A DNA stretch of 64,000 bases from Hemiscyllium ocellatum (lineage: Eukaryota): contig NC_083424.1 in the NCBI RefSeq assembly GCF_020745735.1, positions 20,384,999 through 20,448,998 on the forward strand. The letters are read 5' to 3'. Positions 1 through 13,000 of this stretch are shown in pieces. Both the position numbers and the translations under genes were made by a program. The notes under the pieces are model-generated. The model had not been told where the DNA came from and searched no databases. It worked only from the letters and a program-made list of their open reading frames with translations. How positions within the stretch are numbered: position 1 is the first letter of the stretch; each line of letters begins with the position of its first letter.

Positions 1-71
1 ACTATGAATTCTACCCTGAACATTTTTTTCTAGAAATTTTGCCACCATCAAAGTTATGTCTACCAACTCAC

Positions 72-112
72 CGAGGCAATCGATCCAGAATTCAGAACTT
101 TGCAATTCCTCT
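72..112 (-). CDS. SRRD: SRR1-like protein (SRRD), coding exon 2 (41 nt, EELQSSEFWIDCL)
   Basis: Minus strand reads tttcag|AGAGGAATTG...TGCCTCG|gtgagt. It continues the phase-2 frame of the exon at 1252-1406. The peptide resembles human SRRD KDLFISDFWSSAL, recalled from memory. Confidence 0.8.
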
Positions 113-612
113 CTGAAACAAAGTTCAATGGTTAGTTTTTCAGTCACAGAAAGCTATGACTATTTTGTAAGCATCAAATTTACAGAGACAAAGCAAGTAG
201 AGTAGATCTGACCATATACCTTGCTTCTTGTATTAAAAGGCAAATAAGTTATTTTAGAACTTATTTTGCTAAGAACGAAAGCAAAGGAAACTATTTTACT
301 GGAAATAAGTCAGCACTTAAGGTACATTTAATCTTTTCCACAATTGATAAACCTGCATGCCTAATTCTGATGATGCAACTTAATTGAAGTATTCAAACAT
401 GGATCAACAGAATTTCAGCTAAACTCAGGGAGATGTCAGTTGGGCAGTAGGGAGCATACAGGCCAGTCATGTCATTTAGGTGAAACTGAACAGCCAGATG
501 GATCACACCTGAAAATTAGACCTGTCTCTGTACCTTAAGGTCTCAATGTAAAGAGAAACATTTCACTATTATAAACATTATTGTGATAGAATAGGAAAAA
601 TGGATTGATTCA

Positions 613-747
613 TGTATAAAGTTAAAAATCACACAATACCAGGTTATAGTCCAACAGGTTTAATCGGAAATCTGTTGGACTATAACCTGGTATTGTGTGA
701 TTTTTAACTTTGTACACCCCAGTCCAGCACCAGCATCTCCAAATCAC
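613..747. mobile_element. Fold-back Penelope-related short element (family C) with a perfect 40-bp stem
   Basis: 618-657 is the exact reverse complement of 672-711. The same sequence follows the HHR-like motif at 2199-2292. Confidence 0.75.
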
Positions 748-1251
748 GGTTGGTTCACAGATTGTGTTGGCCATATAAGGGAGTTGTAAATGTCAAAACA
801 ATAAATAAAAGAATTATGGATGCTGGAGATCTGAATCAAAAGCAGAAAGTGCTGACAAAATTCAACAAGTCTGGATACAACTGTGGTGAGAAGGCAGAAT
901 GAACATTTCAAGTCCAGCAGCTCTTCATTAGAACATAAATGTTCCTTTTAGAACATAAACCTTTTCAGGTTCATATCAATTGCCTAAGTCAGATTGGCCT
1001 CCATTCTCAGAGGCTCTTGAAGTTAGATTTCAGTGCATTTGTATTTGATGTTTTACCTCGTCAATCAGAGGATGTGTGAGTATGTGTATGCCCCAAGTCT
1101 CAAATGTTGCTGGTTTCCTGTGTTATCTCTGGTCTGGCATTGACGAGAGGCTGAGGTGCTTCCCTGCAAATATGGGGACCAAAATCCAGATCCGCTCTGT
1201 AAACCAGAACACTGCAGCAGGAGGTGGGTTCTGACAAATCACCGAACTTAC

Positions 1252-1406
1252 ACCGCTTCCTGTATTTTCTGCTGGATTCTCTGCCTCTCAGCCACACTCG
1301 GAAACTCCACCGCGTGATGAAGGCCTCGGACACATTCCCTCCGTTTCTTTATTCCTTTTTTCTTTCTGATTGTTTTCCATTCCCCTTCAGCTGGGCAGGC
1401 AGACAT
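1252..1406 (-). CDS. SRRD: SRR1-like protein (SRRD), first coding exon (MSACPAEGEWKTIRKKKGIKKRR...RIQQKIQEAV)
   Basis: Open frame from ATG 1406 (an in-frame upstream ATG lies at 1421) to a GT|gtaagt donor, phase 2. The W-plus-basic-cluster N-terminus and the ending I-x-E-A match SRRD. The gene continues off the left edge of the window. Confidence 0.78.
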
Positions 1407-1609
1407 CTCTCTGTCTGTCATTAAGGTTTAATAAAGGCCGTACCCAGCTGCATCCTTGCTGCCGGCCTGTCTTGTTGTTGTTGATGAAGTGGCTGCGTAG
1501 AGGTTTTGAGATAATAGGCCTCGGTTTGAATGATGTGAAAAACAAACAAAAACTGGAAACACCGAGAATTGTTTTGTGTAAAGAGGAGAAACAAGAGTTT
1601 TAATCAAAT

Positions 1610-2060
1610 GAAGCGGGGTCTGTCCCCGCCCGCTCGGTTCCCGGTTGTTTAATGTGGAAGTTTCTCCTCTGCCCTGACCCAGGTCACGGTGCCACTCGGT
1701 TCACTATCCCCCCCAACTCCCACCCCATTACCTTCTCACGCTCTGTTCTCCCAGCCCCCGGGCCGGAACATTTCTGCGCGCTCGGTGTTTCCCGACGGCG
1801 GGGTTCCGCACAGGAAACAAGATGGCGGACGTGTTCAACCGTTAGGCATCGGATCGGGGCGCGCGGCGGCGGCGGCGCTGGAGCTGGAGTAAGGCGAAGG
1901 CGGTGAGTTTGTGTCGTGGCCTTTATTCCAGTTCTTTCTGTTGCAAAGTTCCTAAACTGTTTCCAGGCCGAGTGAGCTCATTCCGGCTGGACCCAGACAG
2001 ACGGAGTAAGAGACTGTGTGTGTCTGTGTCCCAGGGGACAGCACGATCTGGACCCCGCTC
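1610..2060. promoter_or_regulatory. CpG island / bidirectional promoter of TFIP11 and SRRD
   Basis: CpG-dense stretch in CpG-poor DNA. YY1-type CAAGATGGCGG at 1818-1828, CCGGAA ETS-like and TGCGCGC motifs. Splice donors on both strands: + at 1903, possible - at 1731. Confidence 0.8.
1780..1902 (+). other. TFIP11: TFIP11 non-coding exon 1 (5' start approximate)
   Basis: GC-rich segment ending in GCG|gtgagt. The next exon's acceptor (6858-6859) lies just before the start ATG. Confidence 0.7.
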
Positions 2061-2198
2061 TTATCCCTCTATTGCCACACCATCCATTCCCAATCTCCTC
2101 TCACCCCAGCCCCGCATTTCCATTCGACCATAAGGTATAGAAACATAATGAGGCCGTTCAGCCCATCGTGACTACTCCACCATATTTTGGAGGAGCTG

Positions 2199-2292
2199 GC
2201 ACTGAAGAAAGAAGAAGAAGCAGCGCTTCGAAAGCTAGTGCTTTCAAATAAGCCTGTTGGACTATAAACTGGTGTTGTGATATTTTAACTTT
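2199..2292 (+). mobile_element. Family C short element with degenerate HHR motif
   Basis: CTGAAGA...gaagc-agc-gcttc-GAAA-G-CTA followed by ctgttggactataa..., the tail shared with 672-711. Confidence 0.6.
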
Positions 2293-2301
2293 GCTCCACC
2301 T

Positions 2302-2775
2302 TGGGGCTCAGTGGTCAGCGCTGCTGCCTCACAGCGCCAGGACCCAGGTTCAATTCCAGCTTCAGGCGACTGTCTCTGTGGAATTTGCACATTCTCCCCG
2401 TGTCTGCGTGGGTTTCCTCCCACAGTCCAAAGATGTGCAGGTCAGGCAAGTTGGCCATGTTAAATAGAGTCATAGAGATGTACAGCATGGAAACAGACCC
2501 TTCGGCCCAACCCGTCCATGCCAACCAGATATCCCAACTCAATCTTGTCCCACCTGCCAGCACCCGGCCCATATCCATCCAAACCCTTCCTATTCATATA
2601 CCCATCCAAATGCCTTTTAACTGTTGCAATTGTATCAAATTGCCCATAGTGTTAGGTGCGTTAGTCAGAGTAAATGTAGGGTAGGGGAATGGATCTGGGT
2701 GGGTTATGCATCGAGGGTCTGTGTGGACTTGTTGGGCCAAATGGCCTGTTTCCATACTACAGGGGATCTAATCTA
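2302..2775 (+). mobile_element. HE1-type tRNA-derived V-SINE, interrupted by an inverted CR1/HER1 3' tail (about 2465-2635)
   Basis: A box ggctcagtgg and B box ggttcaattcc; V-domain tgtggaatttgcacattctcccc; tail tgggccaaatggcctgtttcc...atctaatct. Confidence 0.85.
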
Positions 2776-2779
2776 AAAA

Positions 2780-5260
2780 TATGACCATGCCTAGTATCTT
2801 TCTCAACCCCATTCTCTTGCCTTCTCCTCCTAACCCCTGATCCCCTTACCAATCACAAACCTATCTCTCTCTGCCTTAAATGCACTCAGTAACTTGGCCA
2901 ACATAGATTCACCACACTCTGCCTGTGGAAATTCCTCCATCTCAGTTCTAAAAGGTTGTCCTTCACTTTGAGGCTGTGCATAGTCTCTCCTCCTAATGGA
3001 AACATCATCCACGTGTCCACTTTATCCAGCCCTTTCAGTATTCTATAGCTTGCAATGAGATCGCCCCATATCCATTGAATACAGGTCCAGAGTCATCTCC
3101 AGGATCTTTTGTGCAAACTTCCTCTGGAACCCCTCCAATGCCAGCATACCCTTACTTAAATTCAGGACTCAAAACTGTTCATGGTGTACATTGTCGAAAA
3201 GTGTGGTGCTGGAAAGGCACAGCTCGTCAGGCAGCATCTGGGGAGTAGGAGAATCAATGGTTTGAGCATGAGCTCTTCATCAGGAATGTGCCTGACTGGA
3301 GTTTTACATTGTTTCAGCAGTTGTGTTCTAGCCCCTTTGCCATGAATACTAACATTGCATTTGCCTTCCTAACTGCCAGATGAACCTGCATGTTGACTTT
3401 AGGAGAATCCTGAATGAGAACTCCCACGCCTCTTTGTGCATCAGATTCTAAAGCCTTTCCCAATTTATAAAATGAAAGGCCTTATACCCAAAGCATCAAC
3501 TCTCCTGCTCCTTGGAAGCTGCCTGACCTGCTGTGCTTTTCCAGCACCACCCTTTTCAACTCTGACTTCTCCAGCATGTACAGTCTTTACTTTCTCCTAC
3601 AACTCTATTCTTCCTACATAAGTGGATAACCTCAAACTTTCTGACATTGTATTCCATCTGCCACTTCTCTGCCCATGGTCCTAGCCTGTCCAAGTCCTGC
3701 TTCCTCAACGTTACCTGTCCCTCCACTTATCTTTGTGTTATCTGTAAACGTCCAGATCATTAATCTCTAGCATGAATGGTTGTGATCCCAACACTGATCC
3801 CTGTGGAACTCCACTAGTCACTGCTACCATCCTGAAAAAGACCCCATTTTTCCGCATTTGTGCCTTCTGCCAGACAGTCAAGCCTGTATGCCAAGAGTCA
3901 AGCTCATACTCAAACCATTGATTCTCCTACTCCTCGGATGCCCTTAAAACCATGGACTCTTCTTTAGCAGCCCTCTATGCAGCACCTTGTCAAGGGCCTT
4001 GGATATCCAAATAGGCCACATCCACTGGCTCTCCTTTGTCTAACTTGCTCATTACCTCCTCAAAGAATTGTAACAGATTAGTCAGGCATGACCTCCCATG
4101 ATGAAGCTGTGCTGACTTCCAAGTACTCTGCAACCTTGTCCTTCATAATGGACTCTTAAAATCTTACCAATGACCAAGGCTAACTGGTGTACAATTCCCC
4201 ATCTTCTGCCTACCTCTGTTCTTAAACATTAGCCATTTTCCAGTCCTCAAGGACCTATCTGACTCCAGTGTTTCCGGAAAGATCACCACCAATGCTTCCA
4301 CAATCTCCTCAGTTATTTCTTTCAGAACTCTGGGGTGTAGTCCATTCAATCTAGTTGAGTAGTCCACTTTCAGACCTTTGTTTCCCCAGCATCTTCTACT
4401 TCGGGATGGCCACTATGCCTACCTCAGAACCTTAACTCTTTTGAAGTTTTGGTATGCCACACGAAGAATGATACAAAGTATCAATCAAGTTCATGAACCA
4501 TTTCTTTGTTTTTCGCAGTCTCATTTTTCAATGTTCCAGTGTCCACTCTTACATTCTATATACAGTAGCGCCTCAACATACGAACGACCCAGTTCACGAA
4601 CAAATCGGTTTACGAACAGGATTGTACGTAAAATTTTGCTTCAACGTACATACGAAATTCAAGGTACGAATGCAAAAAGCCGTGGTTTCATTGTCATTGT
4701 TCTGCTTTGCTATGCACGCTTTGAATGTCCGAACAATGGGAAAATTTATTCAGTTTGCGAACTTTTAGTTCGCGAATCGGGCCCCGGAACGAATTAAGTT
4801 CGTAAGTCGAGGTGCTACTGTATCTAAAAAACTCTCTTGCAATCATCTTCTATATTAATAGCTGGCTTACGTTCATATTTCATCATCTTCACCCCCTTAT
4901 TGCTTTTTTATTTGTCCTTTACTGGTTTTTAAGTCCTCTGGCTTGTCAGTAATCTTCACCACATTGTGTGCCTTTTCTTTTGCTTTTATGTTGTCCCTAA
5001 CATTGTCAGCCATGTTTGCCTTGTCCTCCCCTTAATATGTTTCTCCTTCCTTGGGATGAATTTCTACATGTGCCTCCCAAATTACCCCCAGAAACTCCTA
5101 CCATTATTGCTCCACTCTCTTCCCTGCTCAGCTCCCCTTCCAATTTACAGTAGCTAGCTCCTCCCTTCTGACTTTGTAGATATCTTTACTCAATTGAAAT
5201 GTTATTACATCCTGATTCTAGCTTCTCCCTTTCAGAATGCAGGGTGAATTCTGTCATATT
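2780..5260 (-). mobile_element. Decayed CR1-type LINE (ORF2 remnants) with nested insertions
   Basis: Minus-strand peptide LHPRVLKEITEEIVEALVVIF and a CR1 3' region near 2780-3000. Confidence 0.75.
4563..4820. mobile_element. Tc1/mariner (Tigger/pogo-like) MITE, 258 bp
   Basis: TIR CAGTAGCGCCTCAACATACGAAC versus reverse-complemented right end CAGTAGCACCTCGACTTACGAAC (20/23 identical); TA on both sides. Confidence 0.85.
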
Positions 5261-5905
5261 ATGATATTATTTCCTAAGAATCCCCCACTGCCACGATCTC
5301 CCCATCTCCTTTCCTATTCCCTATTTCAATCCAACCCCCCCTCCCCATTTTCTTCCTACTCCTACCCAATCTACTCTCCAACCTATGATCACCTAATGCT
5401 CTCTAGAAGTTGCTGTTTATTATCAAGGAATGGGATCCTTTACTATTTCAGTAATTATTATGATTGATGCCTCAGCATGGACCTCAGCTAGCACTTTGGA
5501 CTGTTGATTTTGAAGCAGCTAATACGGAAGACACATAGCAAGTCAAGAAGGTAGCTTCCCACCACTTTTTCAAGAACAACTAAAGATGGACAATAAATGG
5601 TAGCTTAGTCAACAATCCCACCATTCCACGAATGAATAAATAAAAAAGCTTTCTGTCCCATGGGATCAGAATTTTATATAATCTTTCTCTGCCAGTTCTA
5701 CCATCTGTAATCTTTTTGAAAGCAATTTGAAACTTGCTGGGGTAAGGCTAGTTGCCGAGTATTAATAGTGTATTTCACTTGACAAGTGAACGCATATGGA
5801 GAACTGTCAAAGCCAATTACACTTAACTCCATCTTCTCCCTCAAAAATATGAGATAAAATAATAAACCGCACACTTTCTGTTCCGTAGTTCGGGTATTTT
5901 ATTGG

Positions 5906-6037
5906 GTGTCCTGATGAAGGCCTTATACCCGGAATGTCGACTCTTCTGCTCCTCGGATGCTGTCTGACCTGCTGTGCTTTTCCAGTGCCACACTTTTCGA
6001 CTCTGATCTCCAGCATCTGCAGTCCTCACTTTCTCCT
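5906..6037 (+). mobile_element. HHR-bearing Penelope-related short element (family A), single arm
   Basis: gtc-CTGATGA-aggccttataccc-ggaatGTC-gac followed by the family tail ...cagtcctcactttctcc. Confidence 0.75.
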
Positions 6038-6547
6038 ATATTGTTTTTGGCATTGTCTTTCTTTCTGAGCTACTTGTAACTCCAGCCGTATGGCTTGCAC
6101 TCTCTTGTTTAATATCCTGACTGTTCACTTGTCCTTTTATCTTATTTCTCTGGGTGTTTCCATCGAGTTGATTATGAAATACGGCTGGGAGTAGAATTTC
6201 ATAATCGGCCGACTCTTGGCCAAGGGGATTTTTTTTAATGATACCTGCGATTAAAAAGAATCAGCAAAACTTAATAAATATCAGGAAATGGATGAAGTGG
6301 TTGATTGGCATTTAGAATAGGAAGGACAACATCTTGGGTGAACTCTTCTTCAGCACCCACATTATTAACTTGGCTCTCTGCCTCAGTTGCTGGATGCCAG
6401 TTTTTTTTTAGTAATAAGTTTCATTCAGATTTCAACCTTTCACGATGTACATTTTTAAGCAAATACCGGGCCTTATTTTTGAACATTGAAGAAGTGATCA
6501 TGCTCTGGATTCAAATACCACAGCAAAGAGGGAAGTTTGAGCTGGAG

Positions 6548-6754
6548 CTGAAAATGTGTTGCTGGTTAAAGCGCAGCAGGTCAGGCAGCATCCAAGGAAC
6601 AGGAAATTCGACGTTTCGGGCAAAAGCCCTTCATCAAAATTGGCCCGAAAATTCAAATTTCCTGTTCCTTGGACGCTGCCTGACCTGCTGCACTTTAACC
6701 AGCAACATGTTTTCAGCTCTGATCTCCAGCATCTGCAGACCTCACTTTTTACTC
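6548..6754. mobile_element. Family A fold-back element with 16-bp TSD
   Basis: Inverted arms; GAAGTTTGAGCTGGAG at 6532-6547 and 6755-6770. Confidence 0.85.
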
Positions 6755-6865
6755 GAAGTTTGAGCTGGAGTCAGGCGATTTTAATGTCGGTTTTTTTTTG
6801 TGACAAAGTGCTATTACCGCCGTGTTTATTGATATCCAATTCTTTTAATTATCTGGCAGGTGAAA

Positions 6866-7065
6866 ATGTCAATGTCACATCTTTATGGGAAAGGCCAGGA
6901 TGACGACGAAGTGGAGATGGAGCGGTTTGAAATTTCAGATTGGGACTTGGAAAATGAGTTCAACCCAGACCGCGTACGCCATCGGCAGACAAAAGAGGAT
7001 GCCATCTACGGCATGTGGGCTGAGAATGATTCTGATGATGAAAGGCCAAGCTTTGGGGGAAAACG
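6866..7065 (+). CDS. TFIP11: TFIP11 coding exon 1
   Basis: Acceptor cag ends at 6859. MSMSHLYG...RPSFGGKR, donor CG|gtaat. Confidence 0.95.
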
Positions 7066-10000
7066 GTAATCTCAAACATCATACGCTCCGGCTTCTACCA
7101 TTGAGATTTGACATTTTATTTTATCCACTTGTCTCCCATTCTTGAAGCAACTGAACATTCCGGGCTTTTGTTTGATGCTTTTGCTAACTTGATTAAGTGG
7201 CTGTTCCTCCATGTTTGATCCTAGGATTCTTGCAATTGCGCCAGCCCTGGGGCAGATCTCGGGTCAAAGTAGGCGCATATTCTTCAATTTCTCATTTGTT
7301 CAGTTATTTTCTTACCTCTTGGATTCCCCAATCTATTTCTTGTTCTGTTTCTGTGTTAAGATGTTGTCCATGTGATGTGTTTCTGACATTCTTTCATCCT
7401 ATTTTGTAATCATCAACTATGAGAGGTTGACTTGGCTCCATTTGATGTAATTAACATATTTTGTCAGGGTCTTTTTTGGAATTCAGACTCACCAATTTTC
7501 TTTCTGAGCAAAATCAAAAGTTGGCCATTTAGAGAATTTTGGGTGCAAAGTTGAGCTGTACCAGTCAGTAACACTGATTGGACTGGACTGTGACTGATCT
7601 AGTACTGATTTTTAAAAATGGAACAATTATACCTATGGCCTATTGGTTGAGTGCAGAGCTAGTGGGAATGGTGATGTTTGTCATCAGTGAGGCCTATAAA
7701 TCCTTACAATCCACCCATATCAGCTTGTGCTTTTATTCACTATTCTCTAATACAATAAATTGCTCTGTTGGAATAGAGAAGATAGAGATGTCTATTCACT
7801 CGTCAGCATGTGTTCAGTACTAGTTATCTGTAATCCTGTTAGATGGATTTAATTGAAGCAACGCTAGTTGATCAGACTATCAGTTTTATCTTTTTGGACA
7901 TGGCCAGTACTTATGTTCAGATCCCTGTGTATTTTCTGCTCTAGTCCTCTTATGTGCTTCTCTCCAAACACTTGCCAGCTGTACGTGGGATTTAAGGACC
8001 TGCAGTTAGATTTTTGAAAGCAACTGTACAATAATGTTACTGTATCTGCACTGTTTCTATAGTTCCAAAGATTACAGTGCTCCAGTGAATTTCATCAGTG
8101 CTGGAATCCGACGACCTGCAGCTGAGGAAAATGCAGAAGATAAGGATTCTGATGACTCTGAAGAAGAGAAAGTTAAGCGAGAAGATTTTCCAAAGGAATT
8201 CGCCCCAAAGAAATTGAAAACTGTAAGTACAGTAACTGTTATCAGGCACTCTACCAACGAGAATTCTGTTATAACCGGCATTTCTGATACATTTCTTGAA
8301 AAGAATTTAGTCACTGTGAATGTGCAGATAATAATTCTGAGTAAATTGCAAATCTGCAGAAGTTGATCTTAAACTTTACATGAAGTTATTGAATTATTGG
8401 ATCGGTTTTGGTTAGTGCCTGAGAACTAAACAACTCCAGTGAATCTGTCTGCTTGATATTTGTTTGAAGCCTGTCTGAAGGTCATGGTGTCAGCTGTGGT
8501 TTCAACTTGTTCTCCAGTTGTGATGATTTTACTATAATGTCCTGCTGTTTTGAGACAGTTGACTGCCCAGTTGCTGCCCCTCAATCCTTTAATGATAGAA
8601 CTGCAACTTTTTTGCATCCAGAATTTAACTCATGCATGCTGGATAAAAATAAAAAATCCTGTATTTAGTCAAGGTCTGGGCTTGATACTTGATAGCTGTG
8701 CATTAGTTTAAATCATCAAAAGACATAATGGCAGTAATGGATTAGATGTGACTGAAATCAAGCAGAAGTAGTAATACTTCCAGCAATGGATTGATGTTAG
8801 AAACGCCGGCAACGCTACAGACTTGGCTGGTCAGTAATCCGGAGACCCAGTTACTGTTCGAAAGACCTAGGTTTGAATTCCACACAGCAGTTGGTGGAAA
8901 TTGAGTTCCATAAAAATCTGGAATTAAGTCTAATGATAACCATGAAATCAATGTCAATTGCTTAAAAGCCCATCTCCTGGGAAAAAAAAAGTGCTGTACT
9001 TACCTGGTCTTTCCTACATGTAATTCCAGACCCATAACACTGTGGTTGACTCTTAACTGCCCTCTGAAATAGCCTAACTCCACCAAATAGACTCGAGCAG
9101 TGCTTTCTTAAGGGCAAATAGAGATGGGAAATAAATGCTGGGCTGCAAATGGTGCCCACACCCCATGAGTGATCTTTTAAAAATGTGGAGGAAAAGAAAT
9201 ACTTTTAAACTATATACTTGGGAGCTAAGAGCATTTCGCATCAAATTTTGAATTTTAAGGAAAACCTTGAAATGTGTGAATGATATTTATATTTTCATTG
9301 TTCTGAAAATTCTGTGAGGATATCACATATTTTATAGATGCACAGAGTGACTATATATGGACAAGAATATTATGGTTTCTTTCATTAATCAATGCCATCA
9401 CTCATGAGATCGAAGTGTCACTGGCTTGTTCATTTATTGTCCAACCCTAGTTGCTCTTGGGAAGGTGGTAATAAGCCGTCTTCTTGAACTGCTGCAGTCA
9501 TGGAGTCATAGAGATGTACAGCACAGAAACAGAGCCTTTAGTCCAACTCATCCATGCTGACCTAATATCCCAGCCCAATCTGGTCCCATTTTCCAGCAGT
9601 TGGCCCATATCCCTCCAAACCTTTCCTATTCATATACCCATTCAGAGGCTTTTTAAATGTTGCAATTGTACCAGCCTCCTCCACTTCCTCTGGCAGCCCA
9701 TTCCATACACACATCATCCTCTGCATGGAAAACGTTGCACCTTAGGTCCCTTTTATATCTTTCCCTTCTCACCCTAAACCTATGCCCTCTAATGCTGGAC
9801 TCCCCCACACGAGGGAAGAGACTTTGTCTATTTATTCTATCCATTCCCCTCATGATTTTATAGACTTCAGTAAAGTCACCCCTCAGTCTCTGATGCTCCA
9901 GCAAAAACGGCCCTAGTTTATTCAGCCTCTCTCTATAGCTCAAATCCTCCAACCCTGGCAACATCCTTGTAAATCTTTTTGAATCCTGTCAAGTTTCACA

Positions 10001-13000
10001 ACATTATTCTGATAGGAAGGAGACCAGAATTGCATGCAATATTCCAATAGTGGCCTAACCAACTTTTTTGTACAGCCACAACATCACCTCAATACACTCA
10101 ATACGCTGACCAATAAAGAAAAGCATACCAAACACCACCTTCACTATCCTATCTACCTGCGACTCCACGTTCAAGGAGCAATGAACCTGCACTCCAAGAA
10201 TCTTTGTTCAGCAACACTCCCGAGGACCTTACCATGAAGTGTAAGTCCTGCTAAGGTTTGCTTTCCCAAGACGCAGCACTTGACATTTATTTAAATTAAA
10301 CTCCATCTGCTACTCCCAGCCCATTGACCCACCTGGTCAAGGTCCTGTTGTAATCTGAGGTAATTTCTTCACTGTCCACTACACCTCCAATTTTGGTGTT
10401 AGCTGCAAACTTATTAACTATACCTCTTATGCTCACATCCAAATCATTGATATAAATGACGAAAAGTAATGGACGGAGCACCAATCCTTCTGACACTCCA
10501 CTGGTCACAGGCCTCCAGTCTGAAAAACAACCTCCACACCACCCTCTGTCTTCTACCTTCAAGCCAGTTCTGTATCCAAATGGTTTGTTCTCCATGTATT
10601 CCATGAGACCTAACCTTGCTAAGCAGTCTCTCATGGGGACCTTTGTTGAATGCCTTACTGAAGTCCGTATAGATCATGTCCACCACACTGCCCTCATCAA
10701 TCTTCTTTGTTATTGTTCAAAAAGCTCAATCAAGTTTGTGAGACATGATTTCCCACGCACAAAGCCATGTTGACTATCCCTGATCAGTCCTTACCTTTCC
10801 AAATACATGTACATCCTGTTCCTCAGGATTCCCTCAAACAACTTGCCCACCATCACTGGACTATAGTTCCCTGGCTTGTCCTTACCACCTTTACATTGAG
10901 ATGTTCAGCACCAAAGCAGACCCTTTGGTCTAACATGTCCATGCCGACAAGATATCCTTCAATTAATCTAATCCCATTTACCAGCGTTTGGTCTGTATCC
11001 CTCCAAACCCTTCCTATTCATATACACCCAGATGCCTTTTAAATTTGTAATTATTGTAGTAACTTCACCACTTCCTCTGGCAGTTCAATCCATAGGCGCA
11101 TCACCCTCTGCATGAAAATGTTTCCCCTTTCCCGTTAAATATATGCTCTCTAGTTTTGGACCTCCCATCCTGGGGAAAAAACCTTGACAGTTCACCCTAT
11201 CCATGCCCTCCTGATTTTATAAACCTCTACAATGGCACCCCTCAGCCTCTGATGCTCCAGAGAAACTAGCCCCAGCCCATTCGTCCTCTCCCTATATCTC
11301 CACGTGCTGTAGGTAGACCCACAGTTTTGCTTTCTGGAAAAATTTCAGATTAAATAATTTTTGTTCAATTTTGACTTTATTTGGGAGAGAGTTGGAATTA
11401 TTAGAGAATCTGTGCTTGTTTATATATAATATAAGATCAAAAACAACATTACTGCCTGTACAAAAGCACTATCTATGTTTGGTCAGGTGATAAAAGGAAT
11501 TGAGGTTTTCCTAAAATCAGTAAACTTTAAAACATTTTTTGTTGAATGAAGTTTTACAAACTTTTGTCAGTTATTTGTTTCCAACGGAGAAATAGTAACA
11601 CTGTTTTACTTTATTTGTTTTCCTTAAGGATTGTGGAACTTATTCTTTGCTGAAATAGTGATGCAGTCTGAATAGCTATTTACCAAACTAAGATGGTTCA
11701 ATAAAACATTAAAAATGAGCGTTCCAGGAATAAAACAAATGTACTTGCTTCACCATAGTTTGGGGGATCCTTAGTATGTTTCTCCCCAAGTCTGTTAGTT
11801 GAAATGTGCATTTTTCCCCTACTTTTAACAGTTCCTGTCCTTTTCCCCCCTTCTGCCACTCCATAAGTACATATTGTATCCTGATTGACTGGCGCTTCTT
11901 GGGTTTGGTTCAGATATGTTTGGTTTTTCATTACATTTTTTCTCGTAGGGTGGCTTTTTCAAATCTAGTTCAAAAGGATTCACAGGAGGACATCGAACAA
12001 ACCAGGAAATTGGCACCTGGGAAAAACATACCAAAGGGATTGGACAGAAATTACTGCAGAAGATGGGTTACGTACCTGGCAGAGGTCTTGGGAAGAATGC
12101 ACAAGGTACAGTTTTCAGAAAGTTTATTAGCAGTGTTAATGATAATTCTCTGTCAGTAACTTTTTCTCAAAAGGTGGGAGTTCATATGTGAAAGCTGTTC
12201 TCCTCCTCCACACTACCACAGGTCTTTGAGTAAAAGTGCTGTTTTTCTGATGAATCCTGATACTCCACTGGAGTGGGGAAATAGTTATTTCACTTTCATT
12301 AATTTAACTTCCTGAGAAAAATTAAGTTTGTCCCTGAAAATACCATAATCTCACCCCAACACCCAAATTCATGTAGCATCCTTCAATAAGAATCCAAGTA
12401 AATTATCATCCTTCGTACAACAATTCAGTACTTTCTTCAGAATCATACAGTCCAGAAACTGTTTATTTCTCCAAACTCCCTAGCTTCCATGTCCTCCTCT
12501 GAATACTGACACAAGAGATTCATTAATATCCCATAATATCTCCTGCAGTTCCACATGTACGTGGCCGCATTGATCTTTAAGGGGCCCTATTCTCTCCCTA
12601 GTTACTCTTTTGCCCTTAATGTATTTATAGAATCTCTTTGAATTTTCCTTAACTCTGTCAAAGCTATCTCATGTCCCCTTCTTGCTCTCCTGATTTCTTT
12701 CTTGAGTATATTCCTGCTGTCTTTATACTCTTCTGGGGGCTCACTCAATCCCAGCTGTCTATCTGATACATTCCTCCTTTTTGTTTTAGACCAGAGCCTC
12801 AATTTCTTTAGTGATCCAGCATTCCCTGCACCTACCAGCCTTGCTCTTCACACTAAGAGGAACATAGTGTTTCTGAACTCTTGTTACCTCATTCTTAAAG
12901 ACCTCCGACCTCTCAACCATCCCATTATCTGCAAATAGTCTCTCTCAGTCAAATTTTGGAAGTTCCTATCTAATACCATCAAAACTGATCTTACTTCAAT

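Noticed and set aside
6305-6903. ORFs containing [10 protein letters not shown] or CLTCCAFPA peptides, which recur across the window
   Set aside because: These are translations of the family A repeat in various frames, not a protein family.
8229-8665. Possible Tigger-like element next to the TFIP11 exon donor
   Set aside because: Only one end resembles a TIR; no convincing partner.
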